Under the pieces are notes generated by a model. That model saw only the letters and a list, made by a program, of their open reading frames with translations. It ran no database searches and was not told where the DNA came from. The position numbers and the translations under genes are program-made. DNA of 64,000 nucleotides from an uncultured Clostridia bacterium (lineage in GTDB: Bacteria; Bacillota; Clostridia; Oscillospirales; Ruminococcaceae). Shown one piece after another: positions 19,054 through 28,244 of this stretch. Numbering within the stretch: position 1 is the stretch's first letter; every line of letters begins with the position of its first letter. Location: NCBI GenBank assembly GCA_947623585.1, contig CANQHA010000006.1, positions 56,253 to 120,252 of the forward strand, read 5' to 3'.

Positions 19054-20571
19054 TTACTCGGTTGCTTCGCCCTCTTCGGCAACGCCTGCCGCAAGGCTGT
19101 CGCGGTCAACAGCGCCGCCGTTTGCGATGAATTTTTCGATATCGGCGTTCAGCTCGTCAACCAAAACCCCTACCCTGTCTTTATAGGTCTCCTTAAGCTG
19201 AGCCCAAGACATACCCGCGTCGCGGGAGGTCGGGTGGCCCGAAGCGGCGATCTTGCCGTCGTTGCCGACTATCTCGTTGAGATAGTTGCCGTAGCCGTCG
19301 TTATAGTTGACGATCGGGCTGCCGGTGTTGGCAAGCTCCAAGCAGATCTTGTTCATTTCGATCATCTCGTCGGTCCAGCCGTAGGTCTCTCTGAGCTGCT
19401 TCTCGTCGATAGCCTTAACGACGGGGTCAAGCGCCTTGAAGCGCTCGCAGGTGATGATGAGCGCGGCTCCCTCGGGGTTCTCTGCTCCGTTGATTATGCA
19501 ATAAGCAAGAGGAGACGAGGTGATGTAATATTTGCCGTCGCCCTGCGGGTCGCGAGGAAGCGGAACGAACATGAATTCGGTAGGAATATCTCCCCAAGTG
19601 AGGGCGTTGTTGGCAAGAGTATCGGTGAAGCCCCAAGGAGCGACTATCCAGAACAGGCACTTGCCGTCTTTAACGCCGGCGCCGTTTGCCGAATTGTCTC
19701 TGCAAGACCATGAATTCCACCAAGGATAGGTGCAGTCGTTCTTGTTGAGATCATAGAGGTACTGAGCGGCTCTCTCGAATCCGGGGTAGTCGAGGTTGGA
19801 GTAGAATTTGCCGGTCTCGGTATCGAGCGGAACGAGCGACTGACCGACGGAATCATAGAACGAAGCCGAGAAGTACCAGCCGTCGAGCGCATAGCGATCC
19901 TCGTCGGGGTCTGAGAAGTCGAGGCACATTTCATAGAATTTGTCCCAAGTCCACTGGTCGTTGGCGTAAAGCTCGGCGGGATCGTCGAAGCCCCACTCGT
20001 TTATAACTCTGCGGTTATAAGGGACAACATGGCCGTAATCGGCGCTGATGACGGCGGCATAAACGTTGCCGGCAAGGCCGAAGTAGGTGTAAGCATAGTC
20101 CTTCATCTCGGCCCAAAGCGGGTCGTCAAAGTCTATGTAGTTGTTGACGGGAGCGAACATTCCCTTCATGACGTAGTTCGGGAAAATAGCGGTCTCGCCC
20201 GGGAAAAGGTCGGGAGCGTTGTTCGAGAGAAGAAGTCTTGAAAGCTCGTTCCAGCGCTCGCCGAATTCAACTTCGACGTGCTCAAGGCTTCCGCCGTATT
20301 TTTCCTTAAAGGTATAGAAGCCGGTGTTTACGATCTCGTCTTCGGAATAGTTCTGGAAAGGATCGTAGTGGGCGCACCACTTTACGGTGGTGCCGGCGCC
20401 GGCAGCCTCGGAAGCGTCGGGCAGACGGATTCCGGCGGCGTTGAGGATAGCCGCGCTGTCCTCGGTGGACAGGGTAAGCTCTATCGGCTGACGTTTTGAG
20501 CCGCCGCAGCCGACAAGCGCAACGATCATCAGAACCGCCAGGGATATAGACAGGATTCTTGTTAATTTCAT
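19054..20571 (-). CDS. extracellular solute-binding (family 1-like) lipoprotein, paralog 3
   Basis: Lipobox LVGCGG; same conserved blocks; 505 aa. Confidence 0.7.
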   Translation of the reverse strand: MKLTRILSISLAVLMIVALVGCGGSKRQPIELTLSTEDSAAILNAAGIRLPDASEAAGAGTTVKWCAHYDPFQNYSEDEIVNTGFYTFKEKYGGSLEHVEVEFGERWNELSRLLLSNNAPDLFPGETAIFPNYVMKGMFAPVNNYIDFDDPLWAEMKDYAYTYFGLAGNVYAAVISADYGHVVPYNRRVINEWGFDDPAELYANDQWTWDKFYEMCLDFSDPDEDRYALDGWYFSASFYDSVGQSLVPLDTETGKFYSNLDYPGFERAAQYLYDLNKNDCTYPWWNSWSCRDNSANGAGVKDGKCLFWIVAPWGFTDTLANNALTWGDIPTEFMFVPLPRDPQGDGKYYITSSPLAYCIINGAENPEGAALIITCERFKALDPVVKAIDEKQLRETYGWTDEMIEMNKICLELANTGSPIVNYNDGYGNYLNEIVGNDGKIAASGHPTSRDAGMSWAQLKETYKDRVGVLVDELNADIEKFIANGGAVDRDSLAAGVAEEGEATE

Positions 20572-20614
20572 TGGTTGACCTCCATTCTTCCGCTTATGCG
20601 GAAACTTGCGAGAT

Positions 20615-20643
20615 TATTATAACACACGCGGAATTATTCTTCA
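20615..20643 (-). promoter_or_regulatory. sigma-A promoter of paralog 3
   Basis: Minus strand TTGAAG, 17-nt spacer, TGtTATAAT. Confidence 0.55.
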
Positions 20644-20724
20644 AGAAACAGATGTAACAATAATGACCCGCTGATTTTGTATATTATATCAATAAAAACT
20701 CACAAAAAGTAAAACCGGTGTTTT

Positions 20725-21723
20725 TTATTCTTCGGGCGGCTCTGTCGCCGAGGAGCGCTCGCGGCGCGAAACATAAAGCGAGAAGTCGGGGTCCATCGTC
20801 ACCCGCCGGCTCGAGGTCGTTTCCTCCTCCGAAGCCTCGGGCTGCGAGGTCTCCTCGGGCTCGGGCTCGGTCGAGAAATCGGTCGAGGGTTCGGTTTCGG
20901 GTTCTGCGGTCGTCGTCCGATGCTTTCGGGTCGAGACTGCGGGCTCCTCGCCGAGATACTCGGCAAAAACATAAGCGGTCATACCGTTATAATATATCTT
21001 CGCCCAGCCGTCCTCGGCGATCTCGATTACCTCGACGGCCTCGCCCGAGGCGAAATAGCCCATTATCATCGAATCGGCATCGGGCGCCATTCTTATGTTG
21101 ACGGTCGCGTTGGCAAACATGGTCGTCGTCTCGGGTATCTCCGGCTCGGTCGGCTCGGATATAGGCGCGCTGACCGGAGCTTCGGTCGAAACGGTCGGAG
21201 GCTCGGTCACTGGGGCTTCGGTCTCGGTGACCGTGCTCGCCGCGGGTATGTTTTCGGGCGGGCGGTCTTCGGGTTCGGGCTGAGGCTGCGGCTCGGGCGG
21301 GTCGCAAAAGCCCAAAAACGCGCCGAGCTTTTCGAGCGTTTCTCTGAACGGAAGCGTGTTTTTATAGTAGTCCGAGAACTCCGCGGTGAATTTTCCGCTC
21401 GCAAGCGCCGAGGCAGAAAAGTGCGGCAGCCCCTCGCTTCGTGAAAACAGCGCGAAGCTGAGCGACATGAACAGCAGCGCGAGAACGCTTACTGCGACGC
21501 TCAAAAGGTCGAAGCCTGAGCGCTTGGTCTCTCGCGAGAGGTCTCTTAAAAGTCCGTCCGCGCCCGAGGTTTTTTCGGCGGCGGCTCGGGTGAATTTAAG
21601 GTCGAACTCGTCGCCCTTGACGCCGATCTCAAACTTCGGAACTCGGCTTTCGGGCTGCTCAGATGAGGCACTTTTTGCCTGCTGCTTGGGCTTTGAAGCG
21701 GGTTTGCGCTTTTTTCTCGGCAT
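20725..21723 (-). CDS. membrane-anchored SH3b-domain protein with P/E/T-rich linkers (N-terminus resembles the start of DHHW/AlgJ-type partners of MBOAT proteins)
   Basis: Basic N-terminus, one TM helix, then SGKFTAEFSDYYKNTLPFRETL. SH3b-like block NIRMAPDADS..GWAKIYYNGMTAYVFAEYL. No DHHW/SGNH motifs seen. Confidence 0.55.
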   Translation of the reverse strand: MPRKKRKPASKPKQQAKSASSEQPESRVPKFEIGVKGDEFDLKFTRAAAEKTSGADGLLRDLSRETKRSGFDLLSVAVSVLALLFMSLSFALFSRSEGLPHFSASALASGKFTAEFSDYYKNTLPFRETLEKLGAFLGFCDPPEPQPQPEPEDRPPENIPAASTVTETEAPVTEPPTVSTEAPVSAPISEPTEPEIPETTTMFANATVNIRMAPDADSMIMGYFASGEAVEVIEIAEDGWAKIYYNGMTAYVFAEYLGEEPAVSTRKHRTTTAEPETEPSTDFSTEPEPEETSQPEASEEETTSSRRVTMDPDFSLYVSRRERSSATEPPEE

Positions 21724-21746
21724 TCATCTCACCCCTTTATCATTGA

Positions 21747-23054
21747 TCATTGAACCGCGGCGGCGACGGCAGCGATCATCAGAAGAAAAACGTCCAAAGC
21801 CGCGCCGAAGATCCTTGAAGCGGAATAAAATCCGTCGCTCTCGCGCATCTTCTCACGAACGAGCGCGGAAACGCTCCTGCTGAGCGGAGATATCCACAAA
21901 AGCCCGAGCGCAAGCCTCGGCAGCGAGCGCAGAAGCTCTTTGTTGAGAACGAAGGTCACGTCATAGCCGTAAGCCGAGGGGTCGAGCGCCGAAAACAGTC
22001 TCGGAAGCGGGACCGTTCCGCAGAAAAGGACCAGCGCCGACAATACGGCGAACGGCACGGTTATTAAGAGATCAGAGGGCTTGGCGGGTTTTTCCGAGAA
22101 GCCCTCAAAAACGATTGCAAGAAGGATAAGGCAGAAGCAGGCGGCATAAAACGCGCCGAAGCCGATAAAAACTCCCGCCGAAAGGGATATAAGCGCAAGG
22201 CAGACCGCCGAACCGGCGCTTAAGCCCTTGCCCGAAAGCCCCCGCACAAACCCCGCAAGGCTGCTCCAAAGCTCTGAAATGTGATCCGAAAGTTTGAGAC
22301 GCGGCACAAAGCATGAGGTCCTGAGCTCGGGCGAAAGCCCGTTCATAAGCCCTATCGCCGAGGACATTTCGACCGAAGCGGAAAGGGCGATATAAGCCTC
22401 GGCGAGCGAGACCGGGATTATTATAAGCGCGTTGAGCCACGGAAAAGCCTCGTATTCGACGGCGGCGAGGCGAACGGCGTCGAAGCCGAAAGCGCATACC
22501 GACATCTTTGCGAAGCCGCGAATGAACATCGAAAGCCCCGACGACATTTTTGAAAGGGTGACCCTGCGCTCGGAAAGCTCGCGCCTTGCTGACTGATAAT
22601 CTCGAAGCTGGCAGGGCAGCATATTTTCAAACGAGAACAGATATACCGCCAGCGCAAGAAAATCGCGCTCGGGCTCCATTCCCTCGGCGAGGTGCTTCAT
22701 ATAAAGGCATGAGCGGAGCGCAAAGAGAATATATCCGACGGCCAAAAGCCCCGAGCGGAGCGTTCCGTCGGCGCAGAGGGTAACTGTCGCAAACACCGAA
22801 AAGCCTATCGCAAAAGCGTCGGCAATAACTTCGGAGACGCGGTTGTTCACCCTTTTTGACAAAAGCCCGCAGATATATATAAGGAATACGGGAAGGATTA
22901 TCAGCGCATAATACCACCGACGCCCCCAAACTGCAAAGACGAGCGAGAATATCACCGAGACGGCGTTTTTCGCCCATGTTTCACGGCAGCAGAACGAACA
23001 TATCAGATATAACGGCAAAAACGCAAAGACAAATATCAGGTCGGAAAAAATCAC
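21747..23054 (-). CDS. MBOAT-like polytopic membrane protein, apparently lacking the conserved histidines
   Basis: N-terminus MIFSDLIFVFAFLPLYL is typical of AlgI/DltB-like MBOATs. The positions of FWRRWH and GLWHG read LWSSLA and GVFIGF. Confidence 0.5.
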   Translation of the reverse strand: MIFSDLIFVFAFLPLYLICSFCCRETWAKNAVSVIFSLVFAVWGRRWYYALIILPVFLIYICGLLSKRVNNRVSEVIADAFAIGFSVFATVTLCADGTLRSGLLAVGYILFALRSCLYMKHLAEGMEPERDFLALAVYLFSFENMLPCQLRDYQSARRELSERRVTLSKMSSGLSMFIRGFAKMSVCAFGFDAVRLAAVEYEAFPWLNALIIIPVSLAEAYIALSASVEMSSAIGLMNGLSPELRTSCFVPRLKLSDHISELWSSLAGFVRGLSGKGLSAGSAVCLALISLSAGVFIGFGAFYAACFCLILLAIVFEGFSEKPAKPSDLLITVPFAVLSALVLFCGTVPLPRLFSALDPSAYGYDVTFVLNKELLRSLPRLALGLLWISPLSRSVSALVREKMRESDGFYSASRIFGAALDVFLLMIAAVAAAVQ

Positions 23055-23281
23055 GGTGCCGCCGCGCTCCTTTCACAAAAAATCATAACTTGTGAAAAAG
23101 TATATCACATTCCGCGAAAATTATCAAGAGGCTGTCAAAAACCGGCGCGGGCAAATCGTCAAATATTCCGCTTTCTTTCATGCAATTTTCACAAAGCCCG
23201 CTATAATTGTAATTACAAACCCGGGCAGAAAGCGGACGCAGGGTCCGCAAAATAAGACCGATTTGGTCGGAGGTAACTTAA

Positions 23282-24901
23282 ATGACTGAATTTGATATAA
23301 ACAGCGAAAACACCCGCGAGGAGGAAAATGCCGCCGAGCAGGTCTCGGAAAACCCGGCCGAGGAAAACGTCAAGGCCGAGCAGCCCGCCGAACAGGCGGA
23401 GCAGGCGCCGGTCGAAGCGGCGGCCAAGGAACAGGCTCCGAAGATCTCTCCCGAGCCCGAACCCGCTCCTCAGTATCAGGCGGGGCCGCAATACTACGCG
23501 CCGCAGTATTCTCAGCAGGAGCCGCAGTATCGCAGACCCGAGCCTTACGCTCAGACGCCCTCTCAGGGATACTACCGCCCCGACACCAACGAATATATCT
23601 ACTCGGCTAAGCCGCCGAAGAAAAAAAGCGGCTTCGGAAAAGGACTTCTCATCGCGATAACCTGCATTCTCTCGGCGTTCGTCATCTCGATAGGCTCAAT
23701 AACCGCTTACAACTATTACGCCGTTAAAAGCGGCAGGCTTGTGAGAGAAAACATCATCGCCGACCAGAGAGGAAAGCCCCTCGACGGCAGCGGCGACGTT
23801 GAGATCGACGATCACCGAAACGACGAGGACGAGGAGCAGTCCGCGGCTCAGATACACAATCAGCCGGCGACCGAAAGCGACGACGACGATGAAAATGAGC
23901 AGCACGGCTCGACCGTGCCGACCGTCATAAGGGATTTCCCGAACCTTGAACAGGTCGCCGCGCCCGACGACGCAATGAAGATACCCGACATTTACGATAA
24001 GGTAAGCCCCTCTGTCGTCGGAGTTTCCTGCTCGGTAAGAGGCGGCACTCAGGTCGGAACGGGATTTGTAATCAGCGAGGACGGTTATATCGTCACAAAC
24101 GCCCACGTCATCAGCAATTATATCTCTGTGATGATAGTTGACAGCGATATGAACGAATACGAAGCCGAGGTCATCGGCTCGGACGAGATAACGGATATCG
24201 CCGTTCTTAAAATAGACCCCGAGGACACCGATCTTGTTCCGGTCGAGTTCGGAAAATCCTCCGAGCTGAGGATTGGCGAGCTTGCGATAGCTATCGGAAA
24301 CCCGCTCGGATTTGAGCTTTACGGAACGATGTCTACCGGTATAATCTCGGGACTTAACAGGACCGTGACCGTTGAGGACAACACCATGAACCTCATTCAG
24401 ACGAGCGCGACCATCAACAACGGCAACTCGGGCGGCCCGCTTCTTGACGCTTACGGCAGAGTTATCGGAATAACCTCGGCGAAGGTGGATACCACCTATG
24501 GCGAGGGGCTCGGCTTCGCGATACCGATCGACGAGGCGCTGCCGATAATCGAATCGCTCATAAGATACGGATATATTCCCGGAAGACCCAGCATCGGAAT
24601 CACCGGGCAGGATATCAACGAGCTTATGTCGCTTTATTACAGAATGCCGCGAGGGATATACGTCTTTGCGGTGACCGAGGATTCGGGAGCCGAAAAAGCC
24701 GGCATAGTCGCGGGAGATATCATTATCGCGGCCGAGGGCGAATCGGTCGAGACGAGCGATCAGCTCAACGACATCAAAAACCGCTATCAGGTCGGCGACA
24801 CCATTACCCTGACTATCTATCGGGGCGGAAAGAATTTCGACGTTGACGTAACTCTCGGCGAAAGCACGCCGGGCGACGCCCCCGAAAGAACCATGGAATA
24901 A
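23282..24901 (+). CDS. HtrA/DegP-like trypsin-fold serine protease with PDZ domain
   Basis: TNAHV, DIAVLKI and GNSGGPL catalytic triad contexts. C-terminal PDZ. Long Q/P/E-rich N-terminus plus a TM helix. Confidence 0.85.
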   Translation: MTEFDINSENTREEENAAEQVSENPAEENVKAEQPAEQAEQAPVEAAAKEQAPKISPEPEPAPQYQAGPQYYAPQYSQQEPQYRRPEPYAQTPSQGYYRPDTNEYIYSAKPPKKKSGFGKGLLIAITCILSAFVISIGSITAYNYYAVKSGRLVRENIIADQRGKPLDGSGDVEIDDHRNDEDEEQSAAQIHNQPATESDDDDENEQHGSTVPTVIRDFPNLEQVAAPDDAMKIPDIYDKVSPSVVGVSCSVRGGTQVGTGFVISEDGYIVTNAHVISNYISVMIVDSDMNEYEAEVIGSDEITDIAVLKIDPEDTDLVPVEFGKSSELRIGELAIAIGNPLGFELYGTMSTGIISGLNRTVTVEDNTMNLIQTSATINNGNSGGPLLDAYGRVIGITSAKVDTTYGEGLGFAIPIDEALPIIESLIRYGYIPGRPSIGITGQDINELMSLYYRMPRGIYVFAVTEDSGAEKAGIVAGDIIIAAEGESVETSDQLNDIKNRYQVGDTITLTIYRGGKNFDVDVTLGESTPGDAPERTME

Positions 24902-25172
24902 TCGACATCACCTACGCTTTTTCATATTTTTCCCTTTCTTTTTGTCGGCACGCCCGAGGCCAGCCCCCGGGCGTGCACCCCCCTTTTACCCGCTTCCAGC
25001 ATTTTTTAGTGCGCTGTTTTCATTTTTTCCCTCTCGGAAGGCAGTCGGTCTCAAAAAGGCCGGCTGTTTTCCTTTGGAGAGGGAAACGGCGCGGCGTTGC
25101 GCCATTCGGCGCACATAACAAGCCCCTGACTTGCGGCATTTTTTACTTTCTGTGGAGATTGTGAGGTTGCTT

Positions 25173-25398
25173 AAAAGGTATCCATATTTTTCTCTGCCGA
25201 AAAATATGGATATTATCGTCTATCACCCCACTCCCCCGCAGTACGTTCGTCGGATAGGGACAAATGAAGATGCCCCTCCCCTTTGAGGGGAGGGGGCGGC
25301 TCAATTTTTCCGTTCCATAGGAAGTTTTGCGGGGGGTGGGGTGACTTAAAATAGCATGAAATCTTGCCCTCGTAAGAGGGAAAGATTGAATACCTTTT
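25173..25398 (+). repeat. mosaic hairpin repeat, copy 1 (modules A - core B - C)
   Basis: A is AAAAGGTAT plus hairpin CCATATTTT..AAAATATGG. Core is bounded by TCACCCCACTCCCCCGC (25223-25239) and GCGGGGGGTGGGGTGA (25329-25344), with central hairpin GCCCCTCCCCT-ttg-AGGGGAGGGGGC. C is a GNRA-loop hairpin plus GATTGAATACCTTT. Near-identical copies lie at 58019-58242 and 60572-60789. Confidence 0.85.
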
Positions 25399-25512
25399 TT
25401 CTCCTGCGCTATGTCCCCAAGCGCTCCTTGCGCACAAAAGCCCCGCAGGGGCGTTGTGCCACAGAAGCGGGGTTTTGTCCAAGAGGACGAGCCGCCAATT
25501 GGCATGGCGGCG

Positions 25513-25576
25513 AAGTTCGATTGGCTGCAAAACCCGCTTATGTTGCCCTCGTGAGAGGGAAAGATTGAATACCTTT
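25513..25576 (+). repeat. extra module D plus a second copy of module C
   Basis: GAAGTTCGATTGGCTGCAAAACCCGCTTATGTTGCCCTCGTGAGAGGGAAAGATTGAATACC. The D part recurs at 58268-58305. Confidence 0.75.
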
Positions 25577-25588
25577 TCCCCTCAAATG

Positions 25589-25617
25589 TTGACAACCGGC
25601 AAAAGCAAGTGTATAAT
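25589..25617 (+). promoter_or_regulatory. consensus sigma-A promoter for the amidohydrolase gene
   Basis: TTGACA, 17-nt spacer, TATAAT. Confidence 0.6.
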
Positions 25618-25653
25618 GCTACGGACAAAACAGTTTTGTAAGGAGCGACCGCA

Positions 25654-26451
25654 ATGAGCAAAATAATCGACTGCCACTGCCACATATACCCCGATAAGAT
25701 CGCCGCGAAAGCCGTTGAAAGCATCGGAAAATTCTATGACCTGCCGATGAGATACAACGGCACCGCCTCGCAAATGATCTCGGAAAGCCGCAAGGCCGGC
25801 ATCACCGGAAGCGTGGTGTTTTCCGTCGCGACGACGCCTCATCAGGTCGCGAGCATAAACAACTTCATCGCCGACGAGGTCAAAAAAGAACCGTCGCTTT
25901 GCGGCCTCGGGGCGGCTCACCCTTTGAGCGAGGACCAAAAAGCCGACATCGACGGAATAGTATCGCTCGGGCTTAAAGGCGTCAAGCTGCACCCCGACAT
26001 TCAGGGCTTTGCAATAGACGACCCCCGCTGCATGGAGATATATCGCCTCTGCCGCGAACGCGGTCTGACGGTTTTGATCCACATGGGCGACAAAAGATAC
26101 GACTTCTCAAGCCCGAAAAGGCTTATACCCGTTCTTGAGCAGCTTGACGGGCTGAAGATAATCGGCGCGCACCTCGGCGGCTGGGGAATTTGGAAGGACG
26201 CCGAAAGCGTTCTTTCGGGATATGACAACTTCTCGGTCGATTGTTCAAGCTCGCTCGCTTTTCTTCCGCCCGAGGAGGCAAAGCGCATAATAAGGCTTTA
26301 CGGCGCAAACAGAGTTCTTTTCGGCACCGACTATCCGATGTGGGACTATAACGCCGAGCTTGAAAGATTCTTCGCGCTCGGGCTTTCCGACGAGGAGCGC
26401 GAGCTGATTCTTCACCGCAACGCCGAGGAAATATTTGATATCGAGGGATAA
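25654..26451 (+). CDS. amidohydrolase-family (TIM-barrel metal-dependent hydrolase) protein
   Basis: IIDCHCHIYP N-terminal HxH motif; 265 aa. Confidence 0.75.
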   Translation: MSKIIDCHCHIYPDKIAAKAVESIGKFYDLPMRYNGTASQMISESRKAGITGSVVFSVATTPHQVASINNFIADEVKKEPSLCGLGAAHPLSEDQKADIDGIVSLGLKGVKLHPDIQGFAIDDPRCMEIYRLCRERGLTVLIHMGDKRYDFSSPKRLIPVLEQLDGLKIIGAHLGGWGIWKDAESVLSGYDNFSVDCSSSLAFLPPEEAKRIIRLYGANRVLFGTDYPMWDYNAELERFFALGLSDEERELILHRNAEEIFDIEG

Positions 26452-26506
26452 TAAACCCTTTTCGGGAGCATAATAATGACATCTCATTTGAAAAGGAGTG
26501 TCTATT

Positions 26507-26968
26507 ATGACCCTAACGCCAAAGGAAACATCTCTGCTTAAAGACCTTAAAGGTCAGGAGAAGCTGTGCTGGGAGAAGTATGACAAATACAGCGCAAGCG
26601 CCTGCGCGGCCGAGCTTAAAAGCCTGTTCGGAGAAATGGCTCAGACCGAAAAGCAGCACTATGACTCTATCAATCAGATGCTCGGAGGCACCGTTCCGCA
26701 GATGCCGACGGGGCTTCAGAACGAAAACAACAAGTGGTGCAAAAAGGTCGGCTATGCCGACGAGCAGTCAAAAAGCATCGATCAGTTCCTCTGCACCGAT
26801 ATGCTCGCCTCGGAAAAGCACGCTTCCTCTCTTTACGACGTGAGCGTGTTTGAATTCACCGACCCCGCCGCAAGAAAGGCGCTCAACCACATTCAGGCGG
26901 AAGAACAGCAGCACGGCGAAAAGCTCTGGGCGTTCATGTCTCAGAACGGAATGTACCCGAACGAGTGA
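26507..26968 (+). CDS. spore coat protein, CotF-like
   Basis: ATG 26507 lies 9 nt after AAAGGAG. Coat F pattern (LKDLKGQEKLCWEKYDKY...EKQHYD). Confidence 0.7.
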   Translation: MTLTPKETSLLKDLKGQEKLCWEKYDKYSASACAAELKSLFGEMAQTEKQHYDSINQMLGGTVPQMPTGLQNENNKWCKKVGYADEQSKSIDQFLCTDMLASEKHASSLYDVSVFEFTDPAARKALNHIQAEEQQHGEKLWAFMSQNGMYPNE

Positions 26969-26987
26969 CAACCCCCGCTTTATGCCG

Positions 26988-27028
26988 AAATTCCCCGAAC
27001 CGAAAAGGCTCGGGGAATTTTCTTTTTG
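26988..27028 (+). terminator. intrinsic terminator
   Basis: AAATTCCCCGA-loop-TCGGGGAATTT followed by TCTTTTTG. Confidence 0.8.
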
Positions 27029-27079
27029 AGGCTTTGGGAAAAAGCGCTCAAAATTTAAAGAAATTTTTTCAAAAACCGC

Positions 27080-27108
27080 TTGTAACATCGGTGTAAATGT
27101 GTTATACT
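27080..27108 (+). promoter_or_regulatory. sigma-A promoter of the mre cluster
   Basis: TTGTAA, 17-nt spacer, TGtTATACT (extended -10). Confidence 0.55.
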
Positions 27109-27143
27109 TAACAGCGAACCATTTTTATAAAGGAAGAGGAAAG

Positions 27144-28157
27144 ATGAGTATGTTCAAAAAAGATATAGGAATAGACCTCGGCACCGCCAACACCCTCGTT
27201 TATGCAAAGGGCAAGGGCATAATCCTGCGCGAGCCTTCGGTAGTCGCGGTGGATACAAAGACCGACGTCGTAAAATATGTCGGCACCGAGGCGAAAAACA
27301 TCATCGGCCGCACCCCCGGCTCGATAAGGGCGGTCCGCCCGCTTAAAGACGGCGTTATCGCCGACTTTGACATGACCACCGCCATGCTTCAGGAATTCAT
27401 CAGAAAGGCTATCGGAAACCCGTTCGCAAGGGCAAGGGTCATCATCTGCATACCCTCGGGCGTAACCGCCGTTGAAAGAAGAGCAGTAAAAGAGGCCGCC
27501 GAGGGGGCCGGCGCAAAAAAAGTCGCCATAATCGAAGAACCTATGGCCGCCGCGATAGGCGCGGGGCTTCCGGTCGAATCGCCGACCGGCTCGATGATCG
27601 TCGATATCGGCGGCGGAACAAGCGAGGTCGCGGTCATCTCTCTCTGCGGAATCGTCACGAGCCGCTCGGTAAGAGTCGCAGGAGACGAGTTCGACAACTC
27701 GATAATCAACTTCATCAAGAAAAAATATAACCTTCTCATCGGCGAGCGCACCGCCGAAACAATAAAAATCTCCATCGGCTCGGCATATCCGACCGACGAG
27801 GATTCGGAGCTTGAGATCAAGGGAAGAAACCTTCTTACCGGGCTTCCCGAAAACATAACCGTCACCTCGGAGGAGATAAGAGAGGCGCTTTCCGAGTCGC
27901 TTTCGCACATCATCGAAGCGATAAAGGTCACCCTTGAACGCACCCCGCCCGAGCTTTCGGCCGACATTATCGATGCGGGCATCACCCTTGCCGGAGGAGG
28001 AGCGCTTCTTCGCGGACTTGACAGACTTATCAACGAGGAGACGGGGATCCCGGTAAACATCGCCGACAGACCTTTGGACTGCGTTGTTGACGGCACCGGA
28101 AAGCTGCTTGACAATATGGAGGAGCTTCAGGACGTTCTCAACGGAGAAGGGGTCTGA
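27144..28157 (+). CDS. mreB: rod shape-determining protein MreB
   Basis: [14 protein letters not shown] actin-fold phosphate-1 motif from ATG 27144. Confidence 0.95.
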   Translation: MSMFKKDIGIDLGTANTLVYAKGKGIILREPSVVAVDTKTDVVKYVGTEAKNIIGRTPGSIRAVRPLKDGVIADFDMTTAMLQEFIRKAIGNPFARARVIICIPSGVTAVERRAVKEAAEGAGAKKVAIIEEPMAAAIGAGLPVESPTGSMIVDIGGGTSEVAVISLCGIVTSRSVRVAGDEFDNSIINFIKKKYNLLIGERTAETIKISIGSAYPTDEDSELEIKGRNLLTGLPENITVTSEEIREALSESLSHIIEAIKVTLERTPPELSADIIDAGITLAGGGALLRGLDRLINEETGIPVNIADRPLDCVVDGTGKLLDNMEELQDVLNGEGV

Positions 28158-28244
28158 CAGACAGATTTTTCGCCGCGCCGTTTCTGCCCGCCGGGGCGAT
28201 TTGGCGCGGCTCCGCTTTTTATGGCAAAAAGGGGGTGAAACGCC

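Noticed and set aside
25143-25724. 193-aa and other ORFs (25213-25530 -, 25356-25568 +, 25454-25657 +) spanning the htrA-amidohydrolase gap
   Set aside because: They run straight through the hairpin repeat modules, which recur elsewhere in both orientations. They have no RBS and a composition dictated by the palindromes. The region is treated as non-coding repeat DNA.
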